Counted from the stretch's first letter, positions 13,164 to 27,255 are shown. The stretch is DNA of 64,000 nucleotides from Chrysomallon squamiferum (GCA_012295275.1 CM022679.1:11160001-11224000), one strand, 5' to 3'. Made by a program: numbers and translations. Notes: generated by a model from the sequence alone, not told the origin.

Positions 13164-16100
13164 GTCTGTTTCAGTTGAGAAAAATCTTTCAGTTGCATCT
13201 AGATAGGATTTTTGATAATAAAGAAAGAAAGAAAAAAAAAAAAGACAGAAAAAATGTTCAAAGAAAGTTATTCTTGTCGCATGGATATGTAATTATCTAT
13301 TCAATCGATACAGAAATATTTTATGTGGCTGTATCATAATACTTTCAAACTACATGATTAAGATTCAATTAACACTTCATTTAAAAGTATCCGGTAACGA
13401 TGCAAAACTAAACCCTTTACCAAATTTAGCTCCTTTTTTTTTTTCTTCTTCTTCTTCTTTTTCTTTTCCCTCATCATAAAAGGATAAAGCCACCGGGAAT
13501 GTTGTTTATTTCTTTTCTTTTCTGAATAAGTTCAGTGCTTTTAAAAGAAAAAGTGTACTTCACAATGTAAAAGTCAATTTTAACAATGTTGCCCAAATAT
13601 AAATTTATTCTTTGCGTAATAATCTTTTTTTCTTTCTTTCTTTTTTTACCTTAATTCGTGTTATATCGCAAGTCGTGTGTTTTCCTATAATGCTTTGGAT
13701 GCGTTTAAAAGTGAATGAACTTAACGAGAAAGACAGACAGACAGACAGAGGGAGAAGAAAAATGTATGTATTTCCGTTTAATTTAAGGCAGCAAATGGAT
13801 CAATGAAACCATTTCAGAACTGATGATTGTCCAATGAGCCTACAAATTTGTGATCAAATCGCTTTACCAGTTTCTGTTCTTATTACCCTTTGTTTACATG
13901 TTCATTTAATTCAGTGGTCGAACTGTTCGAATAGCCCGTTTCAGCACTTTGTCGTATTAACTTAAACATCATTCCAATCAGATCTCTTCGACTCGTCGAT
14001 TACTTTGTTCACTTTCATTAAGTAATCACGCGCTTTTCAGACTTCTAAATCATTTCAATCCTTAGCATCTTATTAAAATTAGATTGGCTTTTCTTTACTT
14101 TCTTTTTTTTTTTTTTTTTTTTTTTTTTTTCTATTTTTTTCCTTTGAAAAATGTGTTCCTAAATTAAGCACCATACCTCCGCGCTACCAATTTACCGCGT
14201 TTGCTCCAGGACAGAAAATCGATGGAATATTAACGGATGGTTCAGAAACTCGTACATGTATTTGCTTTTAAAGTCGATACTGATAATTTCATACACTTTT
14301 AAATGAAAGGGCTGTTTAATGTTTTGTGTGAAGGAAGTACCTTAGCTTTCTAAATAATTGTTTTGCTTCATGGACATGAAACATGAACATCAAACAAAAT
14401 AACGACGTTTGATAATAATGTAGAATTGTCATGATTACCAGTAAAAAGGAATGTAGTCTTCTTTTGGTTTGATGGCGATATCGGCTAAAATACCGGTCAA
14501 ATGCACCAGTATGATTCGTCATCGCATGACGTCTACAAGTCTCTACGGAACTAATTCGCCAAATTAGAATAGTACGTTGTGCAAAACGACCCATGTTATC
14601 TTACAGTTCGCCAATCGTCTGTGGAATATGCAACACAAGATATAAAACGAACACAGATTCTATCACTTTAAAACGACTCGTGTGCCACAGAGGGCTGGGT
14701 TCAGGAAAAGTGTCAGCTTGTTTGTTGTTTTTCACGTTCCGAGGCCCGTTACAGAAATGGGCATCATGTCGCGAAAGAAGAAAGGAATTGGCATTTTAAA
14801 AACTCTTTCAGTATACGTAATAATAGTAGCAATAACGACAACAACAACAACAACAACAATAACAATAATAATATTAAAAATAAAAAAATCAATTCACACC
14901 ATTACGTCAACGAAATGTGTCCATATATGTGTGGGCGTCCTTGTCTTTTTGTTGGTGTTATTTTAACAAAACGACAAAACAACCGTATACAATATAAATT
15001 TATTTCAATATCGTTTATTGCATACAACAATGAGCACCTTACAATCAACAATAATTTCAAGTTCTATAGCACTAAGACGTGGCCTTGCAAGCACTTCGAG
15101 TCGTATATAATATAGAAACTTGTTCACAAAAAGCACTTTGCTGCTAATGCCCAAGTCTGTGCATCAGAACATACAACTGAAAATTATCGACATGCACATG
15201 AATGATCACAAATATTATGAAAAACGTTTCGATTTCCCAGGATTTTGGCTTAGAATTTGTATGTTTTAACAAATTGGGTAATATTTCATTAAAAAAAAAA
15301 AAAAAAAAAAAATTAAAAAAAAAATTAAAAAAATCCATTTAAAAATGAAATAATAAAAATCTTGACTAATTAAAAATATTGTTTGATTGTTGTTTTTTTC
15401 CAATCTATTTTTATTTGTCTATTATTATTTCTTTTTTTATTGAATTGAATTTTATTATTTCTTTAATTATTTTATAATGTACAAAATACAAAACATTTTT
15501 TTCTTTCTTTCCTTCTAATTATTTTTTTTATTTTATTTTTTTAAATAAATAAAACCATATTATTATTATAAATTCTAATCAGAGTTCGTATAATGGCTAT
15601 TTATAAAGATCCCATGATGTTTTGCAAATGCTTTGAATCAACAATATTTTGGAAATTGTAACAAAAAATTATTATATTTCTTATTTAGTTTTTATTATCT
15701 GAATGAGATGTCTAATGTAACTGTAAAATTAGAATAAAAAATACAAAATGTCTTTTAGATTGTTCAGGCATGGACTAGTTTACATGTATATCAAAACAGT
15801 TTGAATTTGACAACAAAAATAAAATAGAAAATTTTCCACATTCTAAGATACAACAGCAAAAAATGTTCTCAAAAGTAGCTAAAGAAGGATATGTGAGTCA
15901 TTCAGAAAGTATTCAATGTGCCAATAATATTTTAGTTTTTTTATACAATAAGGCTGCACAGTTGAAGTAAAAACAGAAAAAAGATTTTCACTTCCTTTGC
16001 ACCTTGTTAACAAAATACAACTAGCACAATTTTTATAACATTATTCATTAAATTATAAAGAAGACCATAGAAGAAAAAAAGAAAAAAAAAGAGGAAAAAT

Positions 16101-19001
16101 TTAATTGAAATGCAGTGTAGAATAAACTACACTAAGTGATGGATGCTGAAAACAGAATGTGGAAAATTAAAAAAAATATATACAAAATTTAGCTTTTAAG
16201 ATTGGTATAAAATAAACAAGAAAAATTCACATAAAATTAATCAACAGAAGATAAGCTGATATAAAGGCTATCAGCAAGAGGTAAGGATTTACTGAAGTAA
16301 GAATTTAAGGGTAGGTAGGTAAGTATTAAATGCAATAATTCAGATGTTTCTAAAAATCTGTTTTTTAAAACTATCAGTATAATTAATCACTTTTATTTTT
16401 TCAATCTTTAATTTTTATTTATTACTTTACTGAACAAAATTTTAAAGCATGTGTATTTTCAGAGAAAATACATAAAAATAACAAAATTATCTTAAATTAT
16501 AAATAGCACATTCTTTGCTTTAAAAACAAACAAAACTAAATCACAGATGTAATCCATATATATATATAAATACTTGTAAATTAACTATTCTATAATAATA
16601 AATAACAAAATCACGCAGACCTTTACAAACCTGAAATATATAACAAAGCTACAATCACAGACAAAGATTATAGAATTTGTTCAAAACATTATTTGCTAAA
16701 TATAACTCAGTTATCTAAACAAGCAAATAATTTAAATATATTTATATAATTAATAATTTTAAAAATAATAATAATAATTAAATAAAATAACACAGAAAAC
16801 AGTTACAAAAAATGGAGAAAAAAAAGAAGAAACCAAGCATTCCCAAAATGAAAAAAACAAACCCACCCAAAACAAAACAACCTCCCAACAAATAAACAAC
16901 AAAATAAACAGAGAGAAACAGAAGAAAAAAACAACCCCTCAAAAAACACAACCTAAACTGCTATAAACAGACTTATATTTAGAAGATTAAACAGGAATTG
17001 GCAATCACTTACAAAATCTGTAGTATTTATAAATCTTAAGTTGGCAAATATTCAATTCAAGCCAAAGCTTAAAAGTGATGAGAAATAGATAAAAAAAAAA
17101 AATTAAAAAAAAATTAAAAAAACATCCATAAGATAGAATACCACATTCATGATTACTTTAGATATAAAATTATTATCTTTTAAATAAAATTTAGCTTTAG
17201 CTGATTTAATTAAATTTAGCACTACCTGATTTTTTAATATTATTATTATTTTTAACTTTAGAGGGAATGATGCCTCTTTAGGCAAATCCATTCAATGTCT
17301 GTTGATATCTCATTATAAACGTGAAAATTAACACATCAGTGTTATATATATATATATATAAATTAATTTAGTTACACATTATTAAAGTGTTACATACTAT
17401 AGAAATCTAATATGTAAACAGGACATGAGAACAACAGTATTACCAACAATGTAATAAAAATTATATTAAACATCCAGGTATAGGAGATCTTGGTTATGTC
17501 TCCAATAAACACCTGTTATGTGTAGATTAATGAAACAAACAAAACATGTTTTGTCCAAATGTAGGCACAATGAACTCTTCTTTATCTCCAATTAACAGAA
17601 ACATCCGTTATTGTTTTCTTTCTTTGTAAACTGATTTTACAAGCGTACACGAAGAGTTCAATAAAAAATAATTGCTTGTGCGATGTACAAAATATTTAAT
17701 TTGTGCTTAACATAATTATTAAAAATTTCTAATTGTAAAATCTTTATACAAATTTTGCTATCATCTGAATAATAAATAAATGTATTCCACAACATACAAA
17801 TTGTGTGTACAATTAAATTCGATCTGAAGTAACTATTTCAGTATTGTATTCTGGTTTCTGATTAGTTTAGTTTTATAATTAATGGACAAGATGTTTTTAA
17901 ACATTGCCACTGAATCCTGGTTTGTTAGTAACATGTTTATTTATCAACTCGTGGATACATACCAAACTTGAATAACACTTATAATTCTAAAATATCTTGT
18001 TGATTGTAAGTATGTTAGGTGAATATTATCTCATTGTAACTAAATGTGTGCCATTTTTTTAGTGCAGATTTTTTTTACACATTAATGCGGGGTGATTATT
18101 TAGAACTTTGAATAAAATTATACTAACTTAATTATAATTCCCATTACCAAAGATAAATAATAATCATAAGGGGGAAAGCATTTTTTTCAAACTGGGTAGT
18201 AAGTAGTATATGGGCTGAGAATCTTTATATCCTCTCGTATTTTCAAAAATAGATTAATCTTATAAACTGTGTATATTTACTTTTTACTTTTTATTTTAAT
18301 AAAGCACCATTAACAATCTGGGCAAATAAAATCATTCATAATATATAGTAATAATTAATAATATTTAAAGTGAAAAAGTATCTTTACAGGTTTTTGTGTA
18401 TGTGTGCATATAAGAAAGAAAGAAAGAAAGAAAAAAAATCCTTAAAATTATACAGTTAAACCCATATTAGTTTCTGAGGTCAAAGATTTTGATTACAAGA
18501 ACGTTGTTTTCTAAAATAACTAGAATTATTGAAAGTGCATGAAACAATTTTCCATTTCCATATTTATTTATTTACATAAATCTCTGAAAAGAGATCAGAT
18601 CTTGATTGAAAATCTCAGCAAGGATACATTAAACATGTTGTTCATACCCCTCTCATGAACAACACTGTATCATTACAAACAGCTACGTAGCAGATGTGAC
18701 CCTTACTTTTCCTTTTCCAGTTTAACACATGATAATAATCTACAACTATTTAGCTACATGATTAAATACCTTGTCCTTTATACAGGAATATAATAAATTA
18801 AATACAAATTAATGTAAGTATGATACATTGAAATAATAAATTAAATAAATAAGTGTTAATTATTTGAAAAATAAATGACTGTTTTCACCTGAAAAATTAA
18901 TACGTAATATTGCACTATAAACACCAACCATAATTAAGATCATAATAATCAGTTGCCTCTGTTTTTCTCACATCCTTTCACAATAAGATCTCATTAAAAT
19001 A

Positions 19002-19038
<37 letters not shown>

Positions 19039-19829
19039 ACACAACACATTGTTAAAATTTATGAATGTTGATGAAAAAAAAAATAATTCTTCAGTTTTTG
19101 TCTAATGAAAGACATTACAAGGTGGTTGAGGAAGCAGACCACAGATGTTAAAACTCTTGTAACTATTAGAAAGATCAATAGTAATTCGACTATAATTAGC
19201 TGGAAAGCACAGACCAGATACGTGGTTCCCAACAGTTATTCACAGTTGTTGTCAGTAATTAGCCTTTAAAAGACTGAGTGCTCTTTCTCTCCATCTCTAA
19301 TAAACAAAAATCATCGCTTCATTACGCCGGCTGATGCATTTTAATAAATATTTCAATAGATGATGTTGTTGAGAAAGGAGAGTTAATCACTTGTTTTAAT
19401 GGCATCCTGACAGTTTGTTCAATCAACAGAAACCATAGAGGAAATTGATGAAACAGTTGAAATCCCGTGGCTTAATATTTTCAGTGTGTTGAGTGTCTTT
19501 AGTGATTAAGCTTTTGGAAATGTCAGTATACAGATCTTAAAAATGTTTGATAATTATAAGAGAGCAGAAGGTAAAGGGAAAAAAAAAAAAAAAAAAAAAG
19601 AAGTGAAGAGGTTTGATCTCACAAACTTGGGCATAAATTCATAAGCAGTTAAAAAAAAAAAAAAAAAAAAAAAAGGAATAAAAAAACCCAAATTCCACTG
19701 AGTAGATTGATCTAACAAACTTGCTCATACATTATTTAGCTGTAATAAACAAATAAAAACAAAATTAAAATAAATAAATAAATAAATAAAAATAATAATA
19801 ATAAAATTAAAATAATAATAATAATAATA

Positions 19830-19881
<52 letters not shown>

Positions 19882-21926
19882 CACACAGAGAAAAAAGATA
19901 CAAGCAGTTTTGGCATTAAAGAAGCAGTTGTGTGCTTGGAGCAAATTTATTTTCAGTGTCAAAAAAAAAAATAGGAGAAGAAAGAAGAAAAGACTGTTAA
20001 GTAATAATAATAATAATAATAAAATAAAAATAAAAACAACAGCTCTGGACATAAATGATGAAGTGCAAAACTTGAAATTTGTCCACACCAAACAATTCTG
20101 AAGTATTTTGTTCCTATTTTAACTGACATTATAAGAATACAAATATTTTATAATCGTTGTACAAATTAATTAATTATCAGTATCCCAATATGACATCATA
20201 AATAAATACACATATTGACTATCACTGGTATATACAATGAGTAGGATGCAGTTTCATACATACATCAGTAATAACCTACAAATATAAGTAACATTATTAC
20301 ATAAGGTTATTTTCTGTTACAATGATCATATGCATATATATGAATTTTTAAAATATACTTTAATTAATCCACATCAGACATGCATAAGAATATATTTTAA
20401 AAGGCAAACATTAAAAATAATTAGTTTTTTAATTTGTGCAGAAACTGAAAAATATGAAGTTACCTCAAACATGCCACATTCACTACAGTTTGTACATCAT
20501 AAGCACACATGACTCTACATGTTTATGATTTAATTATTAGGTATAGATTAATTATTTACATTATTCAAAATGAAATATTTCTAAGAAATCCTGGAAAAAA
20601 ATACAAAATGAAAAAAAGAAAATAAATAAATGTAATGATAATCTTAACTAAAAAGGCCATTGTTTTTAATTAGTATGAAACAATATGAATATATTTCAAA
20701 TTTAATCAGAAAATAATATGCTTTTAAACTTGTTACAAAATTCGTGAAATTACACTAGATTATAAAAATCAGTACCGGTATGTTACATCAAACTATTAAT
20801 TACTGGAAGTCCAAATATCTTATTACATTAAATTAGTAAGCAACTACATGTTCTAGTGTATCAAAATACTCTGTCACAATAACTTCTACACAGCAGCAAA
20901 AAACCTCTAATATTCACATCCACTGGCTAGGTTACCTTATTCCTTAGTACACCTATTTATTTGGGAACAACATGTTATATGCAGCTGTGAAAAGATAACT
21001 TATCAGCTTTCAATTAGGCTTAAGGATAAAAACATTAAATTAACTTTCAGGGTAAAAATACACACACACACAAAAAAAAAAAAAAGAAAAAAAAAAGTTA
21101 AACATATAATATATAAAATGACCTAATTAGATCAAGGTCAAATATATTTATTATTTTTTGAATTATTTTAAGGTTAAATTCCTAAACACCTGATTACAAT
21201 TTTACTGTAATGATTAAAGACTGCAGCATTTGAGCAAAAGACGAGAATAAATAGCTTCAAAACAATCTTAAAAGAACCTTTCTTATTAGTGTTTAACAAA
21301 ACAATGAACATTTTTGCCAAAAATAATATACATCACCATTCATCTGAACTGGTGTTCACATTTACAAAAAGGTTTTCTTGCTGAAACAACATTTTATATT
21401 TTTCTTAATGTCAAGAAAAAACCCTTAGGAAACCAGTTAAAACAAACAATTTGAAACATAACAGGCATAAAATATTTTTTCTTTAGTAGTAATTTTACAT
21501 CTAATTAGGTTTTTAAAAAATAAAATCTGAAATGTTTTCAACATGGACTAAGAAAAAGAAAAAAATGGAATTGCTAAGAAAATTAAGAAAATGGTTATAG
21601 GCAAACTGATGGGGAAAAGCATAATGTTTAAAATATAAATAACACCATACATTTAAATAATGTTATTATTATTTATAATTGTTTTTCCTTGTAAAATATT
21701 AGCATATTACTGTAATCTACATCAGTTGGTTTTCATAACTTAATTGAAACCAATTATCTTTGTTATTAAACACATCAGCACAATGTTTCAAAACATTTCA
21801 AATGAGGCACCAAGTACATTATACAAGCCTAGTGAAATACTGTCATTGTTAATTACTGTCACATCTTTCATAACCAAATCAGAAATGAATACTTTATACA
21901 ATGAGCCATATAGCTACATCTGTATA

Positions 21927-22176
21927 TAGCATGTGGCCAAAGAAGTTTGTGCATTTTTTTAGCAAGCATTGTTCTGAAAGAAGATTGACAATTTCAGGAT
22001 GCTTCCAGGTCATCTTGTTTTTGCTTTCACTGCTGTAATCTGTTCAAAATGGTGGTTAACAATTACAGAGTTTCCAACATGGCTCTAACTCTTGCCATAT
22101 ACAGGGTTAAAGATTAAACAGGTACCAAACAAAAGAATTTAAGAAAACTGCACAAACCTGTTTTGGCCATTTGCTA
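21927..22176. mobile_element. Degenerate mariner-like MITE, ~250 bp, within the presumed 3' UTR of the SOCS-box gene
   Basis: Inverted termini TAGCATGTGGCCAAAGAAGTTTGTGCATTTTTT and (reverse complement) TAGCAAATGGCCAAAACAGGTTTGTGCAGTTTTC, with TA at both ends. The pattern resembles mariner TIRs. Confidence 0.65.
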
Positions 22177-23568
22177 AATCCTCTATATATGTTTATATCC
22201 ACAAATTATCACATGTAATTGAGTAATGAGCAGTTGAAGCAAATATAAATGAAAGAAAAAAAAGGCAATAAATAATAATAATAACAATAATAAAGAAGGA
22301 AACAAAAAGATGGATATATAAATAGATTAATAAAATTACCGATCTGGAGTAAATTTAAGATCTACGTTATAATACTATATCACAATTTTTTTTTTTTTTT
22401 TTTTTTTTTCTATCTGGAATAATATGACATATTCTTCCATATATGTATGAAATAGCATGAAATAATACATTTCTGAGTGATTGCTCAATGCAAATAGTTT
22501 ACACTTCATTCACTGTGCAACTTGATAGAAGTGATATTAAATAACTGGACTTTCTCCAGGTAACTGATCAGTTAAAGTGATGCTGATAATCACAGTTTTC
22601 ATGTTCAAACACTGATTCTGATATTAACCAGATTCTGTTTCCAAGTTAAAGATGTACTGAAGTGTTATTTTTATGGATTAAAAATAGCCGAAAAAAAATC
22701 ACTTCTCTTACATGAAATTTAAGATCATAAGTAAATTTTATAAACTATTAAAAACATGTAAATTATAAATCTTTTCATTTATTATGTCTGATGATATCAA
22801 ATTCATTCACTATTTTAAAGACAATACATTCTCTCTCTATCATCTATGGTGTTTTCTATTGCTCTTTCAAACACATATAAACTCATTTGCTGTAAGAGAT
22901 ATATTTAAAAATACCAAGAATTTATCATGGTCTTCTGCAAAATCACATTATAGAACAAAAAATTTGTCAAAGGCATAAAGTGTAATTTTTTTTCATGTAA
23001 TAAACTGACTCTGGATGGTGACAAACAATGTGACATTTTGTAAACTACTATGCTTGTGAATTCCTGCCTCAGACAATAATAACAGCAACAAACAAATAAT
23101 TGCTCTATTAATATACATTATAATATATATTTTCAAAATGTGAACTTTCAATATCAAGTGTGTCAGATAGACAAAATTTAACAGATCAGAAGTCAATTTG
23201 GTAAATGCTGTCATACTTAAATGATTTTTTCAAATTTTTGTCAACCAATTCCTGGCACAAGTTTCAAGGATACTTATGAAGAGTAGTTTTGGAAATATTC
23301 TGTATCTTAAGGTCAGAAGAAATCTGGACTGCCGATTCCTGTGGGTAAGTTAGTTTTTTTTAAAATATCAATGCTTACTGGACAGAGAGAGTTTGAAAAC
23401 AAACTGCAGCTCACAGATTACAGAGAAGTAATAATATTTGGCATCTTCGAACAAAGCTTGCAGACTAGTATAGGTTCTGAAGACTAAGTGATGATCTAAA
23501 GATCATTTTGGCAGACTATCTAATCCTTTATTATCAAAAGGATTTAAGACACTCATGTGCAGCACAGT

Positions 23569-24665
23569 TCAGACAAAATCAGGTTTAAACTTAAGATACT
23601 TGATCAGTCTTGGTGGCAATGGTAACTGTGAAATGACATCTGGTGGAAACTGCTGCAGTATTCGAATTCGACATCGGTTTTGCAGTGTGCCTCTGTTGGG
23701 CAGTTTGTAAACCTGGATATGGTCAATTGTGGTCTCGGTGTCATTAAGAACAACAGCCATGCGAGTGCCACACTGAGAAAACACTGGCATATAATTGACA
23801 GGACAGGAGTGAAGGCCACATGTGTAACGGTGATACTGGATGCAGTGCACAGTCTCAGCAGTATCTCCATGGCAGATGTAGATGCTGATGTCCAGGGGCT
23901 GGAATCGGCGAGCCTTCTTTTCTCGACAGTGGCAACCACTGGTTACCATCATGGCAAAGATTAGCTGTCCGTCTCTGGAGAATTTCAGTTCTTTAAGATT
24001 AGAGTCAAGACTGTTGTTCATGTCATCAAGTCTTGTGTTGGTTGTTATGACGTCCCAGCTTCCGGTCTTCACCAAACTCAAACTGTTGTCTTCTCCACGA
24101 ACAAAACTGGTGGCAGCAAAACGTGAAGCACAGAATCGCGGATCAAATGCAAACCGGGAATGCGAATATGGCGGACTAATCTCGTAAACTAGGTTCCACT
24201 TCTCTAAGGAATACACCTGAAAGACAAAAGCATTACCCTCTATCTTGAGCGATGGGATGCTTATCATGCACATGGTTCCATCAGGGCTGATCTCACCTCG
24301 TAGAGCTTCATTCACAAACTCCACTGACTGTTTGCCGAAGATGCCAATGAATTTGTTAGCCTCGATGTCAATAATTCCAAACTGGGTCATCATGTTTCTG
24401 ACTAGGTGAAGAATTACGGCATGGTCTTTGTAACAGAGAACACTTTTTACATGGAAGTTCTGAATTGATGATAAGTGAGCTGGGATGTGGTTATATTCAA
24501 AGTGCTGGGCCATTTTGGTGAATTTGCTTTTTCTTCTGAAACTGAACAAAGGTCCAGACTTGTTGATGTTGATGATTCCTTGACGACTTGTGCAGAAAGT
24601 TAAGCTACAGTCCTTGAACACCAAACCACTGCATGTCATTGTTGTCTCCACAAAACCAGCAGCTC
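23569..24665 (-). CDS. SOCS-box protein with beta-propeller/WD40-like region, coding exon 2 (terminal)
   Basis: A 1097-nt GC-elevated open frame after acceptor GACATAG (phase 1). The C-terminus GTLQNRCRIRILQQFPPDVISQLPLPPRLIKYLKF has a BC-box (LxxxC) and a Cul5-box (LPLP). Propeller-like turns ISPDG, FDPRF, FSRDG and FSQCG are present. The first ~36 aa of the listed 401-aa ORF are intron. Confidence 0.9.
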
Positions 24666-25876
24666 CTATGTCATAAAAGTAACACATATAATTTTTACTC
24701 AGTAAGATATTACATAAGTATAATATATACAATATATTTAATCTGTAAATATTTTTCATAGTGATTTTCAACAAAGCTTAATTTATAAGACTTAGGTTCC
24801 CTTCACATCTATAAACAACACAGAAAACAGCAACAGCAGAAAAAAAAAGGACATAAAATCACTTTTATATGTAAATATTAACTTCCTGATAAAGAATATT
24901 TTTTATAATAAAGGTTCAGTGTATCTAAAGAAAAGATGCAATATGACAAATACATTTCAATATAAAGTAGAAGGACTAAATCATAAGGAAACAACAATAA
25001 CCTTGAAACAACATTAAAATCTCCCTTATGGTTAATCAGCATGAGCAGCACATGATATTAAGTTACCTTATTTCTTGTCTCTAACAGTGGACCCAGGTGT
25101 AATAGTTTTATAAACACTACTTGTCACTCTTAATTAAAGGAATGTGATATTGCAAGCTAAGGCTGTATTATATATTTTTCTCCTTGTGTTTCAAATATCA
25201 GTAAAAGTATATATTTATAAACAGGTGCATACATAATTACTTATAACAGGCATTCAAACACATGTTTAACACAGACATACACAAACAATATTTATAGACA
25301 GGAAGAAATATAATCTTGAAATGAAGACACCCATATCATAAGATAAGGAGGTAGCTAAACATTTCACTTTTCTTGTTATCCTGGCAAGACAAGAAGCTGT
25401 TTAATTAGACAGTTTAATTCTGGATGAACAAACTGATAAAAATGTCACTGTATTCCAAAACAGTCTTGAAAAAATAAATACAAGTAATAATTGTTTTCAT
25501 TTAAATAAGAGAGATACAACATGCTTGAGAAGTGCTGGAATCCTGCAGGTATCGCATTACCAAAGCTATAGATAACCACTGTTTACATTTGAAAACATTT
25601 CCCTTCTAGATTACATTTTATATTTGAAATGGATGTTATGGTACTGAAAATGCTTTCTGAAAGCTCTTTGCTTGTCTTTCATCTGGTGGAATGAAAATAT
25701 CTTGGTGTGGATTTCTTTGATTTATTCAAGGAAATTTATCAAGCACCAGAGATTTCCTACAATCTTGACTGATGGGGTCTGAGAGACATTACTTAACTTA
25801 AAACACTGCAGTTTTTAAAGACACAATGTTTAATATATTTTAACTGCTTTTGATATATTAAATATGTTATTTTCTT

Positions 25877-25920
<44 letters not shown>

Positions 25921-26539
25921 AAAAAAAAAAAAAGAAACTGAGATGAAAGAAAAAAAAAAAGAAAAAAAAGAAAATTATTAACTTTATTAGGTAAATATTA
26001 AAATAATTTTATTTGCTGTTAGTATTAAAGACTGAACTGAAAAGGAATTGGAATACCATCTGGTTGGTTACTTTATGTACATTATGTCTAATAAGGGGAA
26101 AATTACATTTTATTTTATTACAGGATAAACATTAGAGCTTTCCTGTGACATGTAACACATAATACACTTAATACAACATAATTCTGTTTTTATTTTGGGA
26201 TTTTTTGGTTGGTTATTATTTTTTTTAATATTATTATTATTTTTTTTTTTTTAATAGATGAAATACAGTTTACAACTTCAAAAAATATTTTTTTTATAGC
26301 CACTTTACAGATTATTTGTTAGATTAATATATCCACACTAAATAGGAATTCCTGTGCAATTTACTTGACTACAAAAATTTATACCTATTAATACTAGATC
26401 TGGCTAAAAATACTGCATTCATGTAATAACAATGAACACACAGTAGATGGTTTTTCACTGAGTTAGAATGTTGGGTAAGTGATATCCATTTACAAATCAT
26501 TACTGTTACATTATATTTATCCCATTTTCTCTCATGTAG

Positions 26540-26880
26540 TACATTATGCAAATCTGTCCCATTCACATTTCCTTTATCACCATCCATCTTATCAATATTC
26601 TCTCCCTTTAAGCCACTTTATCAGTCTCACACTTCTGAGTATCAAATCCCCTTCCTTTTCACACCTGATCAAATTTTCTTCCCTGTCACACAACTTTGTC
26701 AAAACCTTTTCCACTTCACACAACCCAGTCAATTATCATTCCCTTTCAGACGACTGTGTCATTTCTGTTCCCCTTTCACACTACCTTGTTAATTCTGTTC
26801 CCCTTTTACACAGCCTAGACAACTGTCTTTCTTTTTCACACTACTTTATACATCTCCTTCCTTCTCACGTGATCTTGTTA
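26540..26880. repeat. Degenerate ~30-bp tandem minisatellite (unit roughly TTCTGTTCCCCTTTCACACTACCTTGTCAA)
   Basis: Recurrent CC(C)TTTCACAC...GTCAA units about 30 bp apart; explains the 144-aa Ser/His/Leu ORF on plus. Confidence 0.7.
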
Positions 26881-26931
26881 ATCCAAACTTTATTATCTAG
26901 TTCTACATTTTAAAAGTGAAGTTTTTCAAAC

Positions 26932-27079
26932 CTGCATGTCCACTTTTCCACTGGTCAAGTGAACACTGATGTAAGAGTGACCAAGGCCTCGACTTCTGAG
27001 CCTGGAGGTTCATGTTGGCTACCACAGCACTGGCACCCATTAGTCCGTAATTACCATTTCTGCTTTCTTCTGCTCCCAT
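26932..27079 (-). CDS. SOCS-box protein, coding exon 1 (MGAEESRNGNY...KSGHAG)
   Basis: Acceptor TTCTTCAG before 27092, ATG at 27079, and donor GCAG|GTTTGA at 26932 in phase 1, matching exon 2. Spliced CDS is 148+1097=1245 nt, 414 aa. Confidence 0.8.
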
Positions 27080-27196
27080 GCTTGGTCCAGACCTGAAGAA
27101 TTGGAACATCAGTGTTATCATAAAATATTTAAAGCTTCCTCACACTAAACATCAACAAATAACAGCCTTGGAGCATACATTATATTGCTAATCAAA

Positions 27197-27201
<5 letters not shown>

Positions 27202-27247
<46 letters not shown>

Positions 27248-27255
27248 TGTGTGTA
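27202..27255. repeat. (GT)n microsatellite
   Basis: Directly visible. (CA)n arrays also occur at ~33903-33940, 41205-41255 and 42761-42807. Confidence 0.9.

Noticed and set aside
9580-14546. 15-bp exact repeat TCTACAAGTCTCTAC at ~9580 and ~14532
   Set aside because: The flanks do not align, and a match this short can occur by chance in 64 kb.
23604-24187. Three ORFs overlapping the SOCS-box exon (alternate frame and antisense)
   Set aside because: Shadow ORFs of a GC-richer coding exon, with no motifs or independent splice signals.
24666-24774. N-terminal 36 aa of the listed 401-aa ORF
   Set aside because: AT-rich intron upstream of the acceptor at 24665; the true N-terminus comes from exon 27079-26932.
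26479-26913. 144-aa plus-strand ORF
   Set aside because: Product of a 30-bp pyrimidine-rich minisatellite with a non-ATG start.
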